NCBI GenBank assembly: GCA_023136205.1
Contig: JAGLRQ010000049.1
Location: forward strand, 1 to 17,988
From: Candidatus Auribacterota bacterium
GTDB taxonomy: Bacteria > Auribacterota > UBA6266
Length of the DNA stretch: 17,988 nt
Direction: 5' to 3'
Below are positions 7,605-17,070 of this stretch, one piece after another. Each line of letters starts with the position of its first letter. Positions within the stretch are counted from its first letter, which is position 1. Made by a program: the position numbers and the translations under genes. The notes under the pieces are model-generated. The model made no database searches. It was not told where the DNA came from and saw nothing but the letters and a program-made list of their open reading frames with translations.

Positions 7605-10250
7605 ATGGGAAAACGACAAATGTTTTATAAGAAAAGTTTTATAATTGGTATTTTATTGTTTCTTGTGTTTAATTTATACGCGTGTTCGTCAAAAAAAGAT
7701 ATTGCTGTTAAGGAAGCCGATAAAATTGAAGAAGCCCTCAGCTATTATGAAGAAAAGGTGCAGGAAAATCCCGGGATGCCTTCTTCTGCGAGATACAGGG
7801 TTAAACTGGGTACGATTTATTTAAGACTGGGTGAATACAGGAAGGCTGTTTCAGAGTTTATAACAGCCATAGCGACGGATCCTTCAATTGCCGAGGCTCA
7901 TTATAACCTGGGGTATGTTTATCAGATGATGGGAGATGATGATTTAGCTATTGCGGAGTACAAAAACGCTGTTTCCATTAATCCCGAATATGCCGAAGCG
8001 TATAATAACCTGGGGCTTCTGATGATAGGAAAGGGTTTTGCAAAGGAGGGTATTTCTAATTTGAAAAAATCCCTTCAAAATAACGAAAAGTTCGCCCCGG
8101 CGTATTATAATCTTGGAGCGGTACATGTTTCGAAGGTTGACGATGAAGAAAAAGCAGCCGATTATTTTGCCAGGTACCTGGAGTGTGTTCCTTCCGGTGA
8201 AAAATCATATGAGGCGATGCAATATTTGAAAAATTTTGAAAGGGCAACCGGTAAAATGCCGATAAATACGGCGGAACTCCATTATAAGAGAGGCAAAATA
8301 GCCTTGGACAGGGAAGACATAGATACAGCAATACTTGAATTCGGCAAAAGTATAAAAGAGAACCCCAAATATTTCCATCCGTATCGGGAACTCGGAGTAA
8401 TTTTTCAGGAACATATTAACGATAAAGGTAAAGCTTTGAGCTACTATCAGGGATATCTTGAAAAGGGAGGGTTAAAAGCCAATGATGCCGGTGAGGTTAT
8501 GGGCAGGATTAAGGCTTTGAGAAAAGAGAGGAAACAGGAGGATATAGAGGAGGAGAAAGCGGACAAAGAGCTTTTAGAGCCGCTGGCTGAAAAAACTTCT
8601 AAAAATGAAATCCTGCCGGCAGGGGTTTCTGTATCGGATGAACTGAAAACCGGAGAAAAATTTTTTAAAGAACGCGAATATGAAAAAGCGCTTGAAAAAT
8701 TCAGGATAGTCTTAGGAACAAACCCGGATTCTTTGGGAGTTTTATGCTGGACCGGTGAAACGTATGTTCAATTGGGCAAAATTTCCGAGGGGAAAAAATA
8801 TTTTGAGAGGGCTCTCTCGATTTCCGCTAAAGAAAAAAGAGCTTTAAAAGGAATTGTAAATATTGAGCTTATTTCCGGAAATGAAGAAAAAGCTGCTGAG
8901 ATGTTTTTATCTCTTGAAGAAGATGCTCGCGCGGCTGAGATCTATTATTTAATGGGGAGCAAGTGTTTTGATCAATACAAATATCAGGAGGCTTTGAATT
9001 ATTTCGATAAGGTCCGCTCGTGTGATTTGAGCAGAAACGTTTCAATGGAAAGAGCTTCGTGTCTTCGTGCGACGGGCCGTTCTTATTTGAAAGCAGGTAA
9101 ATACAAGGAAGCACTATCGAATTTTGAAGAAGCAATTAAAGAAGATTCCCGATATCCCCTGAAAAAAGAAAGAACGCGGGCAGCTCTTTCCATTGCGAGA
9201 GAGGCTGTTAAACTTAAGAACAAAGATGAAATAGACAGGATGGTTGATTATGTAGAGGGGCTGGGATACGATAATAAAGATTTACATAACTTTCTGGGTG
9301 AGAAATATTTGCAAGAAGGGAAAAATATATTGGCTATAAAAGAATTTAAACAGGTACTTGCTCTTTCAAAGGTCTCCACCGTTTCTTTGCCTGCCTCTGC
9401 GTCTCACGACGAGAGTCGTGGCAGTAGGAGAAACAAAGATGTGGGGCAGGGCAGTCAGGCTCAGAAACTGTTGGCGGAAGCATATTTTAATGTCGCGCGG
9501 AAAGATATTTCCGGTAAAAATTTTTCCAAAGCTGAAGATAATTTGAAGAAATCCCTGGAATTTGATCCAAACAATTCCGGAGCCCTATATGCATTGGGGA
9601 ATTTGTATGAAAGACATTTTTTAGATGGAGCCGGTGCGGTTAAGTATTATAAGCAATATATTGAAAAATATCCTTCCGGAAAAGAAGTCGCGCAGGCAAA
9701 AAAATACATTTCTTTATATGAGGAAATACAGGCAGTAAAAAAAGATTATAAGACCCAGATAAGTAAACTTGATAAGGAAGCTGTAGAACATTATAATCTT
9801 GCGGTAACTTATAGCAAACAGGGGAGCATTGATCGAGCTATCCAGGAGTATAGGAAAGCTATCGTGATAGATTTTACATTTGCTGTTGCTCATTACAATC
9901 TAGGTATTCTTTATAGGAAGAAAAATAATAATAAACTTGCGATTGAGTCTTATAAAAATGCTGTTAAGACAAATCCGGGATTCGAAAAGGCGTATACTAA
10001 TCTTGGGAGTATATATAAGGAACTTGGCCAGTATGACATAGCTGCTGGTTGCTTCAAGAAGGCCATTGAAATAAATCCGGATAATTCTATGAGCCATCTG
10101 GGATTAGCTCATATATATGATTATAATAAAAATAACTTGCAGTTGGCGGAGTATCATTATAAAAAGTATATTAAAAACAGGCCTAAAGGGAAGTATTCTG
10201 ATCAGGTAAAAGAAAGGTTGAATCAGACCGGGGAAGGTAATCAGTACTAA
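7605..10250 (+). CDS. Large tetratricopeptide-repeat (TPR) lipoprotein
   Basis: The ORF is open from 7578. In-frame ATGs at 7578, 7593, 7605 and 7620 precede a signal peptide with lipobox FNLYAC|SS. There are many AEAHYNLG/AYNNLG-type TPR units at both ends and a charged central region. The exact start is uncertain. A start at 7578 would overlap the previous gene by 19 nt. Confidence 0.75.
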   Translation: MGKRQMFYKKSFIIGILLFLVFNLYACSSKKDIAVKEADKIEEALSYYEEKVQENPGMPSSARYRVKLGTIYLRLGEYRKAVSEFITAIATDPSIAEAHYNLGYVYQMMGDDDLAIAEYKNAVSINPEYAEAYNNLGLLMIGKGFAKEGISNLKKSLQNNEKFAPAYYNLGAVHVSKVDDEEKAADYFARYLECVPSGEKSYEAMQYLKNFERATGKMPINTAELHYKRGKIALDREDIDTAILEFGKSIKENPKYFHPYRELGVIFQEHINDKGKALSYYQGYLEKGGLKANDAGEVMGRIKALRKERKQEDIEEEKADKELLEPLAEKTSKNEILPAGVSVSDELKTGEKFFKEREYEKALEKFRIVLGTNPDSLGVLCWTGETYVQLGKISEGKKYFERALSISAKEKRALKGIVNIELISGNEEKAAEMFLSLEEDARAAEIYYLMGSKCFDQYKYQEALNYFDKVRSCDLSRNVSMERASCLRATGRSYLKAGKYKEALSNFEEAIKEDSRYPLKKERTRAALSIAREAVKLKNKDEIDRMVDYVEGLGYDNKDLHNFLGEKYLQEGKNILAIKEFKQVLALSKVSTVSLPASASHDESRGSRRNKDVGQGSQAQKLLAEAYFNVARKDISGKNFSKAEDNLKKSLEFDPNNSGALYALGNLYERHFLDGAGAVKYYKQYIEKYPSGKEVAQAKKYISLYEEIQAVKKDYKTQISKLDKEAVEHYNLAVTYSKQGSIDRAIQEYRKAIVIDFTFAVAHYNLGILYRKKNNNKLAIESYKNAVKTNPGFEKAYTNLGSIYKELGQYDIAAGCFKKAIEINPDNSMSHLGLAHIYDYNKNNLQLAEYHYKKYIKNRPKGKYSDQVKERLNQTGEGNQY

Positions 10251-10266
10251 GGGGGGAAGACAAATT

Positions 10267-10467
10267 ATGGCAAAAACACTATCCGTTATTTTTATTTGTT
10301 CGGCTGTTTTAATGGTATCTATCGTTATTTCCGGCTGTGCAGCTATGGAAGGTGAACTTGATAACCCTGTGAAAACTATTACTGAACATGGAGCAAAAGG
10401 TGTTTCTTTAAAGGGAGAGATGCAGGAGCATGACAGGGACAGTACCAATCCGGTGGATATCAAGTAG
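10267..10467 (+). CDS. Small putative lipoprotein (66 aa), no recognisable family
   Basis: G-rich Shine-Dalgarno (AAGGGGGGAAG) upstream of the ATG. The hydrophobic N-terminus ends in lipobox VISGC|A. The mature part is hydrophilic, about 43 aa. Confidence 0.55.
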   Translation: MAKTLSVIFICSAVLMVSIVISGCAAMEGELDNPVKTITEHGAKGVSLKGEMQEHDRDSTNPVDIK

Positions 10468-10556
10468 ATCAAAAAATAAATACTGAATAGCGGCAGCTCT
10501 TAAAACTTTGAATATTTAAGTAGATTTTGCCTGGTTTTTTAATAAGGGGTGGTTGG

Positions 10557-11597
10557 ATGGAAGATAAAATGGTTGTAACTCCCTTGAAAGGACAGAAAAA
10601 AGTCCCGGGATGGGTGTGGGCGGTGTTTACCGTTTTTTTTGTCATGGTGCTTATTTTCTGGATACTTGGAGTTGGATTGGTTTTTCTAGTAAGAGAGGCG
10701 CAAACCTCTTTTACTGAAAGCATTGAAGGTGAACAGAAATATCTTGAAGCTTATGTGAGCGGTTCCGGCAGTAAAAAAATTGTTCTTATTCCATTGCGCG
10801 GGATTATTATGGATTCTGGGAAAACTCCATGGAAACGTGTGAATATCATAAAGGACGTTAGCGAGAAACTGGAAAAAGCCAGAGCGGATGAATCTGTCGC
10901 GGCGGTTATCCTTCAGGTTGATAGTCCGGGTGGTGGAGTGACCGCGAGTGATATTCTTGCCGATAAGGTGAGAGAATTCAGAGATTCAGGGAAAATAATA
11001 GTTGTCAGCATGGAAGATATTGCTGCCTCCGGGGCGTATTATATTTCTGCCCCTTCGAATTACATAATGGCTCATCCTACCACTATAACCGGCAGCATTG
11101 GTGTTCTTATGCAGGGGTTTAATGTACGGGGCCTTTTAGAGAAGGTAGGGGTCGAAGATGTCACTTTTAAATCCGGAAGCATGAAAGACATTCTTTCGCC
11201 TGCCCGAAAGATGACGGAGGAAGAAAAAGAGGTAATTCAGAGAGTTGTAGACTATATGTACCGCCGGTTTATTTCTATTGTCGCGGAAGGAAGAAACCTT
11301 TCTCTTAAACAGGTTGAGGCTATAGCAGATGCCAGGATTTTTACAAGTGATGAAGCGGTACTTCTGGGGCTTGTTGATAGTATTGGGTTTATTGATGATG
11401 CGATTGAAGTTACGAAAAAGTTAGCAGAACTGGAAGAAGCCAGGATTATCTGTTATAAGACCGAAAGTACTTTGAGAGAACTGTTGTTATTGAGGATAGG
11501 GCAAATAAACCCCCTTGCTGAGGTGATGAACGGTAAATTTTCTGAGGTTTTTGGTTCGGGCGGCTTTAGATTAATGTACTTGTGGAAAGTGAATTAA
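10557..11597 (+). CDS. sppA: Signal peptide peptidase SppA, 36K type
   Basis: N-terminal TM helix. ClpP/crotonase-like SppA motifs VDSPGGGV, AASGAYYI (catalytic Ser context) and GSIGV. I prefer the ATG at 10557 (AAGGGG Shine-Dalgarno upstream) over the track's TTG at 10527. Confidence 0.85.
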   Translation: MEDKMVVTPLKGQKKVPGWVWAVFTVFFVMVLIFWILGVGLVFLVREAQTSFTESIEGEQKYLEAYVSGSGSKKIVLIPLRGIIMDSGKTPWKRVNIIKDVSEKLEKARADESVAAVILQVDSPGGGVTASDILADKVREFRDSGKIIVVSMEDIAASGAYYISAPSNYIMAHPTTITGSIGVLMQGFNVRGLLEKVGVEDVTFKSGSMKDILSPARKMTEEEKEVIQRVVDYMYRRFISIVAEGRNLSLKQVEAIADARIFTSDEAVLLGLVDSIGFIDDAIEVTKKLAELEEARIICYKTESTLRELLLLRIGQINPLAEVMNGKFSEVFGSGGFRLMYLWKVN

Positions 11598-11603
11598 AAA
11601 AAA

Positions 11604-12515
11604 GTGGACGATGTGTCAAAAGAAATTATTTCCTATTCTCACCCGGAACCTCTATCCTCGGAGAAAATCCATGAATTAAAGAATCTACTCCTTCAAAAAG
11701 GGTTCAAATTAGGGGAAAAGCCACACACTGCCTTTTTCGCGCGTTCTTCTGATACGAGTATTTCTGTATATTCTTCGGGTAAAGTTTTTGTGCAGGGGAA
11801 GGGGACCAGGGATTTTGTGGAATTTGTCTTTGAGCCGCTTATATTAAAAGATCTTACTTTTACCTCCTCTTTTTTAAAAAAGCCTGATGTGACGAAACGT
11901 ATAGGGGTTGATGAAAGCGGAAAGGGAGATTTCTTCGGGCCTCTTGTTGTCTGTGCCGCCTGTGCGGAAGGGGATTCTATTTTAAAGCTTAAAAAAGATG
12001 GTGTCCGGGATTCTAAAAAGATAACATCCGAGAATAAAATCCAGATGCTCGCGGAAAACATAAGAAAGAATGCAATAGTTGAAACTGTAATAATTAAGCC
12101 TGAAAGATTTAATGAATTATATGGAAAAATGAAGAATATGAACCTGATCCTTGCATGGGCTCATGCGTGTGCGATTGAGAACCTTCTCCAAAAAATTGAT
12201 TGTTCACTTGTTATAGTTGATAAATTTACTACAAGGCCTCTGTTGCAAAATATGCTTAAGGCTAGAGGGAAAATGGCAAATATAGTTCAACGGGCTAAAG
12301 CAGAAGAAGACATTGTAGTTGCTGCCGCTTCGATTTGCGCGCGGGCCCGCTTTGTAAATGAAATAAACCTCATGGGAAAAAACTATGAAATGCTGTTTCC
12401 CAAAGGGGGCAAATCAGATAAGATCCTTGAATCTCTTAAAGGTTTTGTTTCTAAATTCGGCAAAGATAATCTCAGGAAAGTTGCAAAGGTAAATTTTAAA
12501 ACGGCTAAATGTTAG
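11604..12515 (+). CDS. rnhC: Ribonuclease HIII
   Basis: 303 aa. The N-terminal roughly 85-aa extension has the F.AR......VY.SGK...QG pattern of the RNase HIII substrate-binding domain. It is followed by the RNase HII/HIII catalytic motif GVDESGKGDFFGPLVV. GTG start. Confidence 0.85.
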   Translation: MDDVSKEIISYSHPEPLSSEKIHELKNLLLQKGFKLGEKPHTAFFARSSDTSISVYSSGKVFVQGKGTRDFVEFVFEPLILKDLTFTSSFLKKPDVTKRIGVDESGKGDFFGPLVVCAACAEGDSILKLKKDGVRDSKKITSENKIQMLAENIRKNAIVETVIIKPERFNELYGKMKNMNLILAWAHACAIENLLQKIDCSLVIVDKFTTRPLLQNMLKARGKMANIVQRAKAEEDIVVAAASICARARFVNEINLMGKNYEMLFPKGGKSDKILESLKGFVSKFGKDNLRKVAKVNFKTAKC

Positions 12516-13567
12516 CGGCTTCCTTTTGTTTCGTTGTCTACCTGTTCTTTAAGTTCATCCATATCTTTCCTAAGCCGTTTGAATTTTGAGAAGAATTTGG
12601 GAAGCATACCTTCCAGGGCAAATATTTCTGCCATATCTTTTATCTTCCTGACAGGTGAACCAAGGTATATTTCGTTGGCGCGCAGGCGTTTTTTCATAGG
12701 AACGCCGCATTGAGCGCCGACAATTACATTATCTTCAATTGTTACATAGTTTCCGACTCCGACCTGTCCCGCAAGGATACAATTGTTTCCTATTTTCGAA
12801 CTGCCCGCGATACCGACCTGTGACACTATTAATGTATCACTGCCGATTTCGACATTATGGGCGATCATAACAAGATTATCTATTTTTGTTCCGGATCTTA
12901 TAATTGTTGAACCCAAAGTTGCCCTGTCTATTGCCGCGTTTGCACCGATTTCAACATTATCTTCGACAACTACATTGCCGGCCTGGGGGATTTTGTGATA
13001 AACCTCGTTTTGCTTTTCGTATCCGAAACCATCACTTCCTATAACAGTCCCTGAGTGTGCCCGTACATTATTTTTGATAATACAGTTGTAATAGACTGTA
13101 ACCTTTGGGAATAATCTGCAGTTATTACCGATTTTCACGTTTTGGCCAATATACGAATTGGATTCTACGATAGTGTTTTCGCCCAATGTTACATTATCAG
13201 ATAAAACCGTGTAGGGCCCTATATGAACATTGTTTCCGATATGGCAGTTTTTACCTATAATAGATGTTTTATCAATGCCGGGCTGCGGTTTGGGTTCGGG
13301 CACGAATTTATTCATGACGAGAGCAAAAGCTATTTTTGGATTTGCTACCTCAATGGTAGGTTTTTTGGACTTAGCTGTTCCATTGGGCACTAGAATTGCT
13401 TCTGCGTTTGTTTTTTCAGCTTTTTCTATATATTCAGGTGAGACAATAAAGATTATCTCTCCTTTGTTTGGGGATTGCAGGTCTCCGGCACCAGTTATTT
13501 GTACTTTCGGGTCTCCGCTTAGTTTCCCTCCGCAAAGCTCCGCAATATCTTTTAATTTCATTTCCAT
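12512..13567 (-). CDS. lpxD: UDP-3-O-acylglucosamine N-acyltransferase
   Basis: N-terminal LKDIAELCGGKL.GD, a long left-handed beta-helix hexapeptide region, and a C-terminal helix. I prefer the ATG at 13567 (AGGTGA Shine-Dalgarno 4-5 nt upstream) over the TTG at 13582. Confidence 0.9.
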   Translation of the reverse strand: MEMKLKDIAELCGGKLSGDPKVQITGAGDLQSPNKGEIIFIVSPEYIEKAEKTNAEAILVPNGTAKSKKPTIEVANPKIAFALVMNKFVPEPKPQPGIDKTSIIGKNCHIGNNVHIGPYTVLSDNVTLGENTIVESNSYIGQNVKIGNNCRLFPKVTVYYNCIIKNNVRAHSGTVIGSDGFGYEKQNEVYHKIPQAGNVVVEDNVEIGANAAIDRATLGSTIIRSGTKIDNLVMIAHNVEIGSDTLIVSQVGIAGSSKIGNNCILAGQVGVGNYVTIEDNVIVGAQCGVPMKKRLRANEIYLGSPVRKIKDMAEIFALEGMLPKFFSKFKRLRKDMDELKEQVDNETKGSR

Positions 13568-13593
13568 GGGATCACCTTTCAAAAATTTCGAGT

Positions 13594-13622
13594 ATTATTA
13601 CATAAAATTTTCACATAAGCAA
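13594..13622 (-). promoter_or_regulatory. Candidate lpxD promoter (minus strand)
   Basis: Read on the minus strand: TTGCTT (13622-13617), 17-nt spacer, TGt-AATAAT (-10 at 13599-13594). The region is very AT-rich, so alternatives exist. Confidence 0.3.
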
Positions 13623-13760
13623 AGGAAAATAAACTTTTTTTAACCACAAATCAATACTATAAGTTTAGCCACAGATAAAAAACAGAAAAGCATTTAAAAT
13701 CTTTATTTTTTTTATTTGTATAACCATCTGTTATGTATTATATATAGCTTGAGGATACTT

Positions 13761-14885
13761 ATGATATCAAAACCTAACCCAGGGTTGTATGTTCATGTTC
13801 CTTTCTGCAGAAAAAAGTGCAATTACTGTTCATTTTATTCAATTGAACTTGATGGGGATAAAACAGGGCGCTTTGTAGAAGCCGTAAACAGAGAACTAAG
13901 CAGTCATAATGTTAAGCATTTTGACACGCTGCACGTTGGTGGCGGTACCCCTTCAGTGCTTGATTCTGACAAGCTTAAAAGCCTTCTAAGTTGTTGTATA
14001 GACGGGGGTTGCAGAGAAAAGACTATTGAGGCAAACCCTGAAAGCCTTACCGATGAAAAACTGAAAATATTTGAGGATTACGGGATAAACAGATTAAGCA
14101 TAGGCCTGCAGTCCACAGAGAATGCCGAATTAAAGTTTCTTGGAAGGATTCACAGTTATGAAGATTTTAAAGAAGCCTTTTTTATGTCAAGGGAATTCGG
14201 GTTTGAAAACATAAATATAGACCTTATCTGCGGATTTGAGGGCCAGACAATTGAGGGATGGAGGGAAAATCTTTATAAAACCCTGGAGTTTAATCCGGAA
14301 CATATTTCCTGTTACTGTTTGGGGATAGAAAAAGGTACTCCATATGACAAATGTGTTAAAGATGGGAAAATTTCTGTGTTGTCGGAAGATCTTGCCGCGG
14401 GAATATTTCTTGAAACGGATAAAATCCTTACCCGTGCGGGATATAACCATTATGAAATATCAAATTATGCGCGGCCGGGAAAAGAATCCTTACATAACTT
14501 AAAATACTGGAGAAACCTTGAGTATCTGGGGCTGGGGCCCTCTTCGTGGTCCTGTATTTCAGGAAAGAGGTGGTGGAATGTTCCAACTCTTGAAAAATAT
14601 TTAGGTTTAGTTGAAAATGATAGATCCCCCCTTGAGGGTAGCGAATCTCCTGAAAACAAGGTGAAATTTTATGAAACTATCTGTTTGGGGCTCAGGCTTA
14701 AGGAAGGAATAGATCCGGAGGAGCTTTCAGGAAGATTCGGGATTGATTTCTGGAAAATTTATGAAAACACTGTTGAGAAATTAATTGCCGGTAAATTGCT
14801 GGTTAAAAGTGAAAGAAGAATATGCCCAACTCTGAAAGGCATGGTTCTTAACAATTATGTTGGATCTGAATTTGTGCTGATATAG
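13761..14885 (+). CDS. hemW: Radical SAM family heme chaperone HemW / oxygen-independent coproporphyrinogen-III oxidase-like protein
   Basis: YVHVPFCRKKCNYCSF (CxxxCxxC) near the N-terminus, GGGTPS, and HemN_C-like C-terminus. I prefer the ATG at 13761 (GAGGA upstream) over the track's TTG at 13716. Confidence 0.85.
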   Translation: MISKPNPGLYVHVPFCRKKCNYCSFYSIELDGDKTGRFVEAVNRELSSHNVKHFDTLHVGGGTPSVLDSDKLKSLLSCCIDGGCREKTIEANPESLTDEKLKIFEDYGINRLSIGLQSTENAELKFLGRIHSYEDFKEAFFMSREFGFENINIDLICGFEGQTIEGWRENLYKTLEFNPEHISCYCLGIEKGTPYDKCVKDGKISVLSEDLAAGIFLETDKILTRAGYNHYEISNYARPGKESLHNLKYWRNLEYLGLGPSSWSCISGKRWWNVPTLEKYLGLVENDRSPLEGSESPENKVKFYETICLGLRLKEGIDPEELSGRFGIDFWKIYENTVEKLIAGKLLVKSERRICPTLKGMVLNNYVGSEFVLI

Positions 14886-14913
14886 GTTAACAAAATATGC
14901 TTGCATATATTTT

Positions 14914-14943
14914 TTGGTTTTTCCCATGTGAATCTGGTATAGT
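14914..14943 (+). promoter_or_regulatory. Candidate aroB promoter with extended -10
   Basis: TTGGTT (14914-14919), 18-nt spacer, TGg-TATAGT (TG at 14935-14936, -10 at 14938-14943). GAGGAG Shine-Dalgarno at 14952-14957. Confidence 0.35.
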
Positions 14944-14965
14944 GAGTGATTGAGGAGAAGAAAGC

Positions 14966-16051
14966 ATGCAAAAAATAAAAGTCAATTTAGCAGATAGAGG
15001 CTACGATATAATTATCGGTTCGGGTATTTTAAATCAGCTTGGTAATTTTACAATAGAGGCCGGGCTGGGAAAATCAATAGCGGTTATAACCAACGATGTG
15101 GTAGCTCCTCTTTATCTAGAAGCGGTTAAAACCTCGCTCAGGGGAGCGGGCCTAAAGGTAATTGCAATTGTTATCCCCGATGGGGAAAAATATAAAGTAT
15201 TTGAAACAGCAATTGATATTTATTCAAAACTTCTAAAAGCGGGGATAGATAGATCGCACAGTATAATAGCGCTTGGAGGAGGAGTTATTGGGGATCTTGC
15301 CGGGTTTGTGGCTGCCACGTATTTAAGGGGAATAGCTTTTGTCCAGGTTCCCACCACTCTTCTGGCGCAGGTGGATGCCAGTGTGGGCGGTAAAGTTGGT
15401 ATTAATCTTCCGCAGGGGAAGAATATGGTTGGAGCGTTTTACCAGCCAAAGTTTGTTTTTATAGATGTAGATGTTTTATCTACTTTGAGGAAAGAAGTTT
15501 TTATAGAGGGGTTTTCTGAAGTCATTAAACACGGTGTGATCAGAAGCGAAAAGTATTTTTCACTAATAGAAAATAATGTTAAAAAACTTCTTAATTTTGA
15601 TAGAGATTTACTTATTGAAACAGTTGTCGGTTCTATCCGCATTAAAGCTGATGTCGTATCGAGGGATGAACGGGAATCAAGTTTGAGAGTTATTCTAAAT
15701 TACGGCCACACCATAGGGCATGCGATTGAAACTTTAACAGGGTATACACGGTTTCTTCACGGCGAGGCGGTTTCAGTGGGAATGGCTGCGGCAGGAAAAG
15801 CGGCTGTTCTAAAAGGGCTGTTTTCGGAAAAAGATCTCGAGAGGCAAAATAATCTTCTTAAATCTGTTGGCCTTCAGGTAAATGTAAAAAATGTCAAAGA
15901 AGGAGAAATAATTCCGCTTCTTCAGGTTGACAAGAAGGTTAAAGATGGCCGCGTGAAGTTTGTTCTTCCGGAAAGGATAGGAAAAGTTTTAGTAACAGAT
16001 GACGTAAAAATAGAAATCCTTAAAAGGTCTCTTGCTTCGATTATTGGTTAG
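14966..16051 (+). CDS. aroB: 3-dehydroquinate synthase
   Basis: 361 aa. GGGVIGDLAGF, VPTTLLAQVDASVGGK, NYGHTIGHAIE and HGEAV are diagnostic AroB motifs. Confidence 0.92.
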   Translation: MQKIKVNLADRGYDIIIGSGILNQLGNFTIEAGLGKSIAVITNDVVAPLYLEAVKTSLRGAGLKVIAIVIPDGEKYKVFETAIDIYSKLLKAGIDRSHSIIALGGGVIGDLAGFVAATYLRGIAFVQVPTTLLAQVDASVGGKVGINLPQGKNMVGAFYQPKFVFIDVDVLSTLRKEVFIEGFSEVIKHGVIRSEKYFSLIENNVKKLLNFDRDLLIETVVGSIRIKADVVSRDERESSLRVILNYGHTIGHAIETLTGYTRFLHGEAVSVGMAAAGKAAVLKGLFSEKDLERQNNLLKSVGLQVNVKNVKEGEIIPLLQVDKKVKDGRVKFVLPERIGKVLVTDDVKIEILKRSLASIIG

Positions 16052-16127
16052 CCCGCATTTTTCACAAAATGATAAGTCTTTTAATACGTGTCTAATAGTT
16101 CATATTTTGAAGAAGAGTTAATTTTTT

Positions 16128-16994
16128 ATGAATTCTAAAGATGCTTTAATTATTTTAAATGCCCTTTTTGGGATAGGTCCCGTAAAGATAAATGAGATTC
16201 TTAAACACTGTCCCGATCCTTCCGTTATTTTTAAAAATCAGGATATTCTAAAGAAGAAAGTAAAATCAATTTATAAAAAGGACATTTTAACAATAAGAGA
16301 TTGGCAGAAATCTTTTGATGTTGAAAAAGAGAAAGATATATGTTTAAAAAAGGGGATAGATATTGTAACAGTTCTGGATGGACAGTATCCGGATTCGCTG
16401 AGGAAAATAATAAATGCGCCTCCTGTTTTGTATGTCAAAGGTAAGAAAGAATGTTTTGAAAGTATTTCTGTGGCAATTGTGGGGGCAAGGCGTGCCAGCA
16501 GCTATGGCAGGTCAATTGCTTATAAGACAGGATATGATACTGCTGCCGCGGGATTCAATGTCGTAAGCGGACTTGCAAGAGGCGTTGATCTTTCAGCTCA
16601 TGAAGGAGCTCTTGCAGCTGGTGGTTTGACAACGGCAGTTATCGGGAGCGGGTTTTTAAATATTTATCCCGGGGAGAACGTAAAAATCGCTGAAAAAATT
16701 TGTGAAAAAGGACTTTTGATTAGTGAATTTAAACTCGATGAGAAACCCTGTGCCGGGAATTTTCCAAGGAGAAACAGAATAATAAGTGGGCTTTCAAAAA
16801 GGATTCTTGTAGTTGAAGCCTCTGTGAAATCAGGGTCTCTTATAACCGTAAATTATGCTCTTGAACAGGGTAAAGATGTTTATGCGGTCCCCGGCAGGAT
16901 TGATTCACCATTTTCCAAAGGAGTAAATAAACTTATAAGGGACGGAGCGTTTCCGGTTTTGGATTCAAGTGACCTTGTGTATGGCCTGGTTTAA
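16128..16994 (+). CDS. dprA: DNA-processing protein DprA (Smf)
   Basis: 288 aa. YP..L..I...PPVLYVKG, VAIVGARRASSYG, SGLARGVD and FP.RNRIISGLS are typical of the DprA Rossmann-like domain. Confidence 0.88.
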   Translation: MNSKDALIILNALFGIGPVKINEILKHCPDPSVIFKNQDILKKKVKSIYKKDILTIRDWQKSFDVEKEKDICLKKGIDIVTVLDGQYPDSLRKIINAPPVLYVKGKKECFESISVAIVGARRASSYGRSIAYKTGYDTAAAGFNVVSGLARGVDLSAHEGALAAGGLTTAVIGSGFLNIYPGENVKIAEKICEKGLLISEFKLDEKPCAGNFPRRNRIISGLSKRILVVEASVKSGSLITVNYALEQGKDVYAVPGRIDSPFSKGVNKLIRDGAFPVLDSSDLVYGLV

Positions 16995-17011
16995 AACAGA
17001 GAAAAGAAAAA

Positions 17012-17053
17012 AGACCGATCACGAAATACCGAATACTAGATACCAGATACTAA
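17012..17053 (+). repeat. Heptanucleotide tandem array 3 (6 units)
   Basis: AGACCGA TCACGAA ATACCGA ATACTAG ATACCAG ATACTAA. The AC core recurs at 17014, 17021, 17028, 17035, 17042 and 17049 with an exact 7-nt period. The array starts 18 nt after the dprA stop. Confidence 0.75.
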
Positions 17054-17070
17054 ATCAATTTTAGTTTACG

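Noticed and set aside
10104-10472. Minus-strand 122-aa ORF
   Set aside because: It is antisense to the 3' end of the TPR gene and to the small lipoprotein ORF. The peptide is hydrophobic and low-complexity with no Shine-Dalgarno. The + strand ORF has a Shine-Dalgarno, signal peptide and lipobox.
12783-13643. Plus-strand ORFs 12783-12998 (71 aa) and 13230-13643 (137 aa)
   Set aside because: They lie antisense to lpxD. The periodic hexapeptide-repeat coding sequence keeps the opposite strand open. The translations are low-complexity with no motifs or Shine-Dalgarno.
13716-13760. N-terminal extensions from non-ATG starts in the ORF track (hemW TTG 13716, sppA TTG 10527, lpxD TTG 13582, deoC TTG 1596)
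   Set aside because: Downstream ATGs have better Shine-Dalgarno spacing and give N-termini matching the families. TTGTAT-17-TATATA at 13716-13744 looks promoter-like, but it would put the TSS on top of the hemW Shine-Dalgarno, so I did not list it as a feature.
14895-14916. ATATGC-TT-GCATAT palindrome plus T-run after hemW, as a terminator
   Set aside because: A 2-nt loop is sterically impossible, so the effective stem is about 4 AT-rich bp. At best it is a marginal terminator.
2362-17053. The heptamer arrays as a CRISPR array or as coding low-complexity ORFs
   Set aside because: The units are 7 nt with no spacers, the arrays are only 28-42 nt long, and no cas genes are present. The arrays are too short and lack start signals to be genes.
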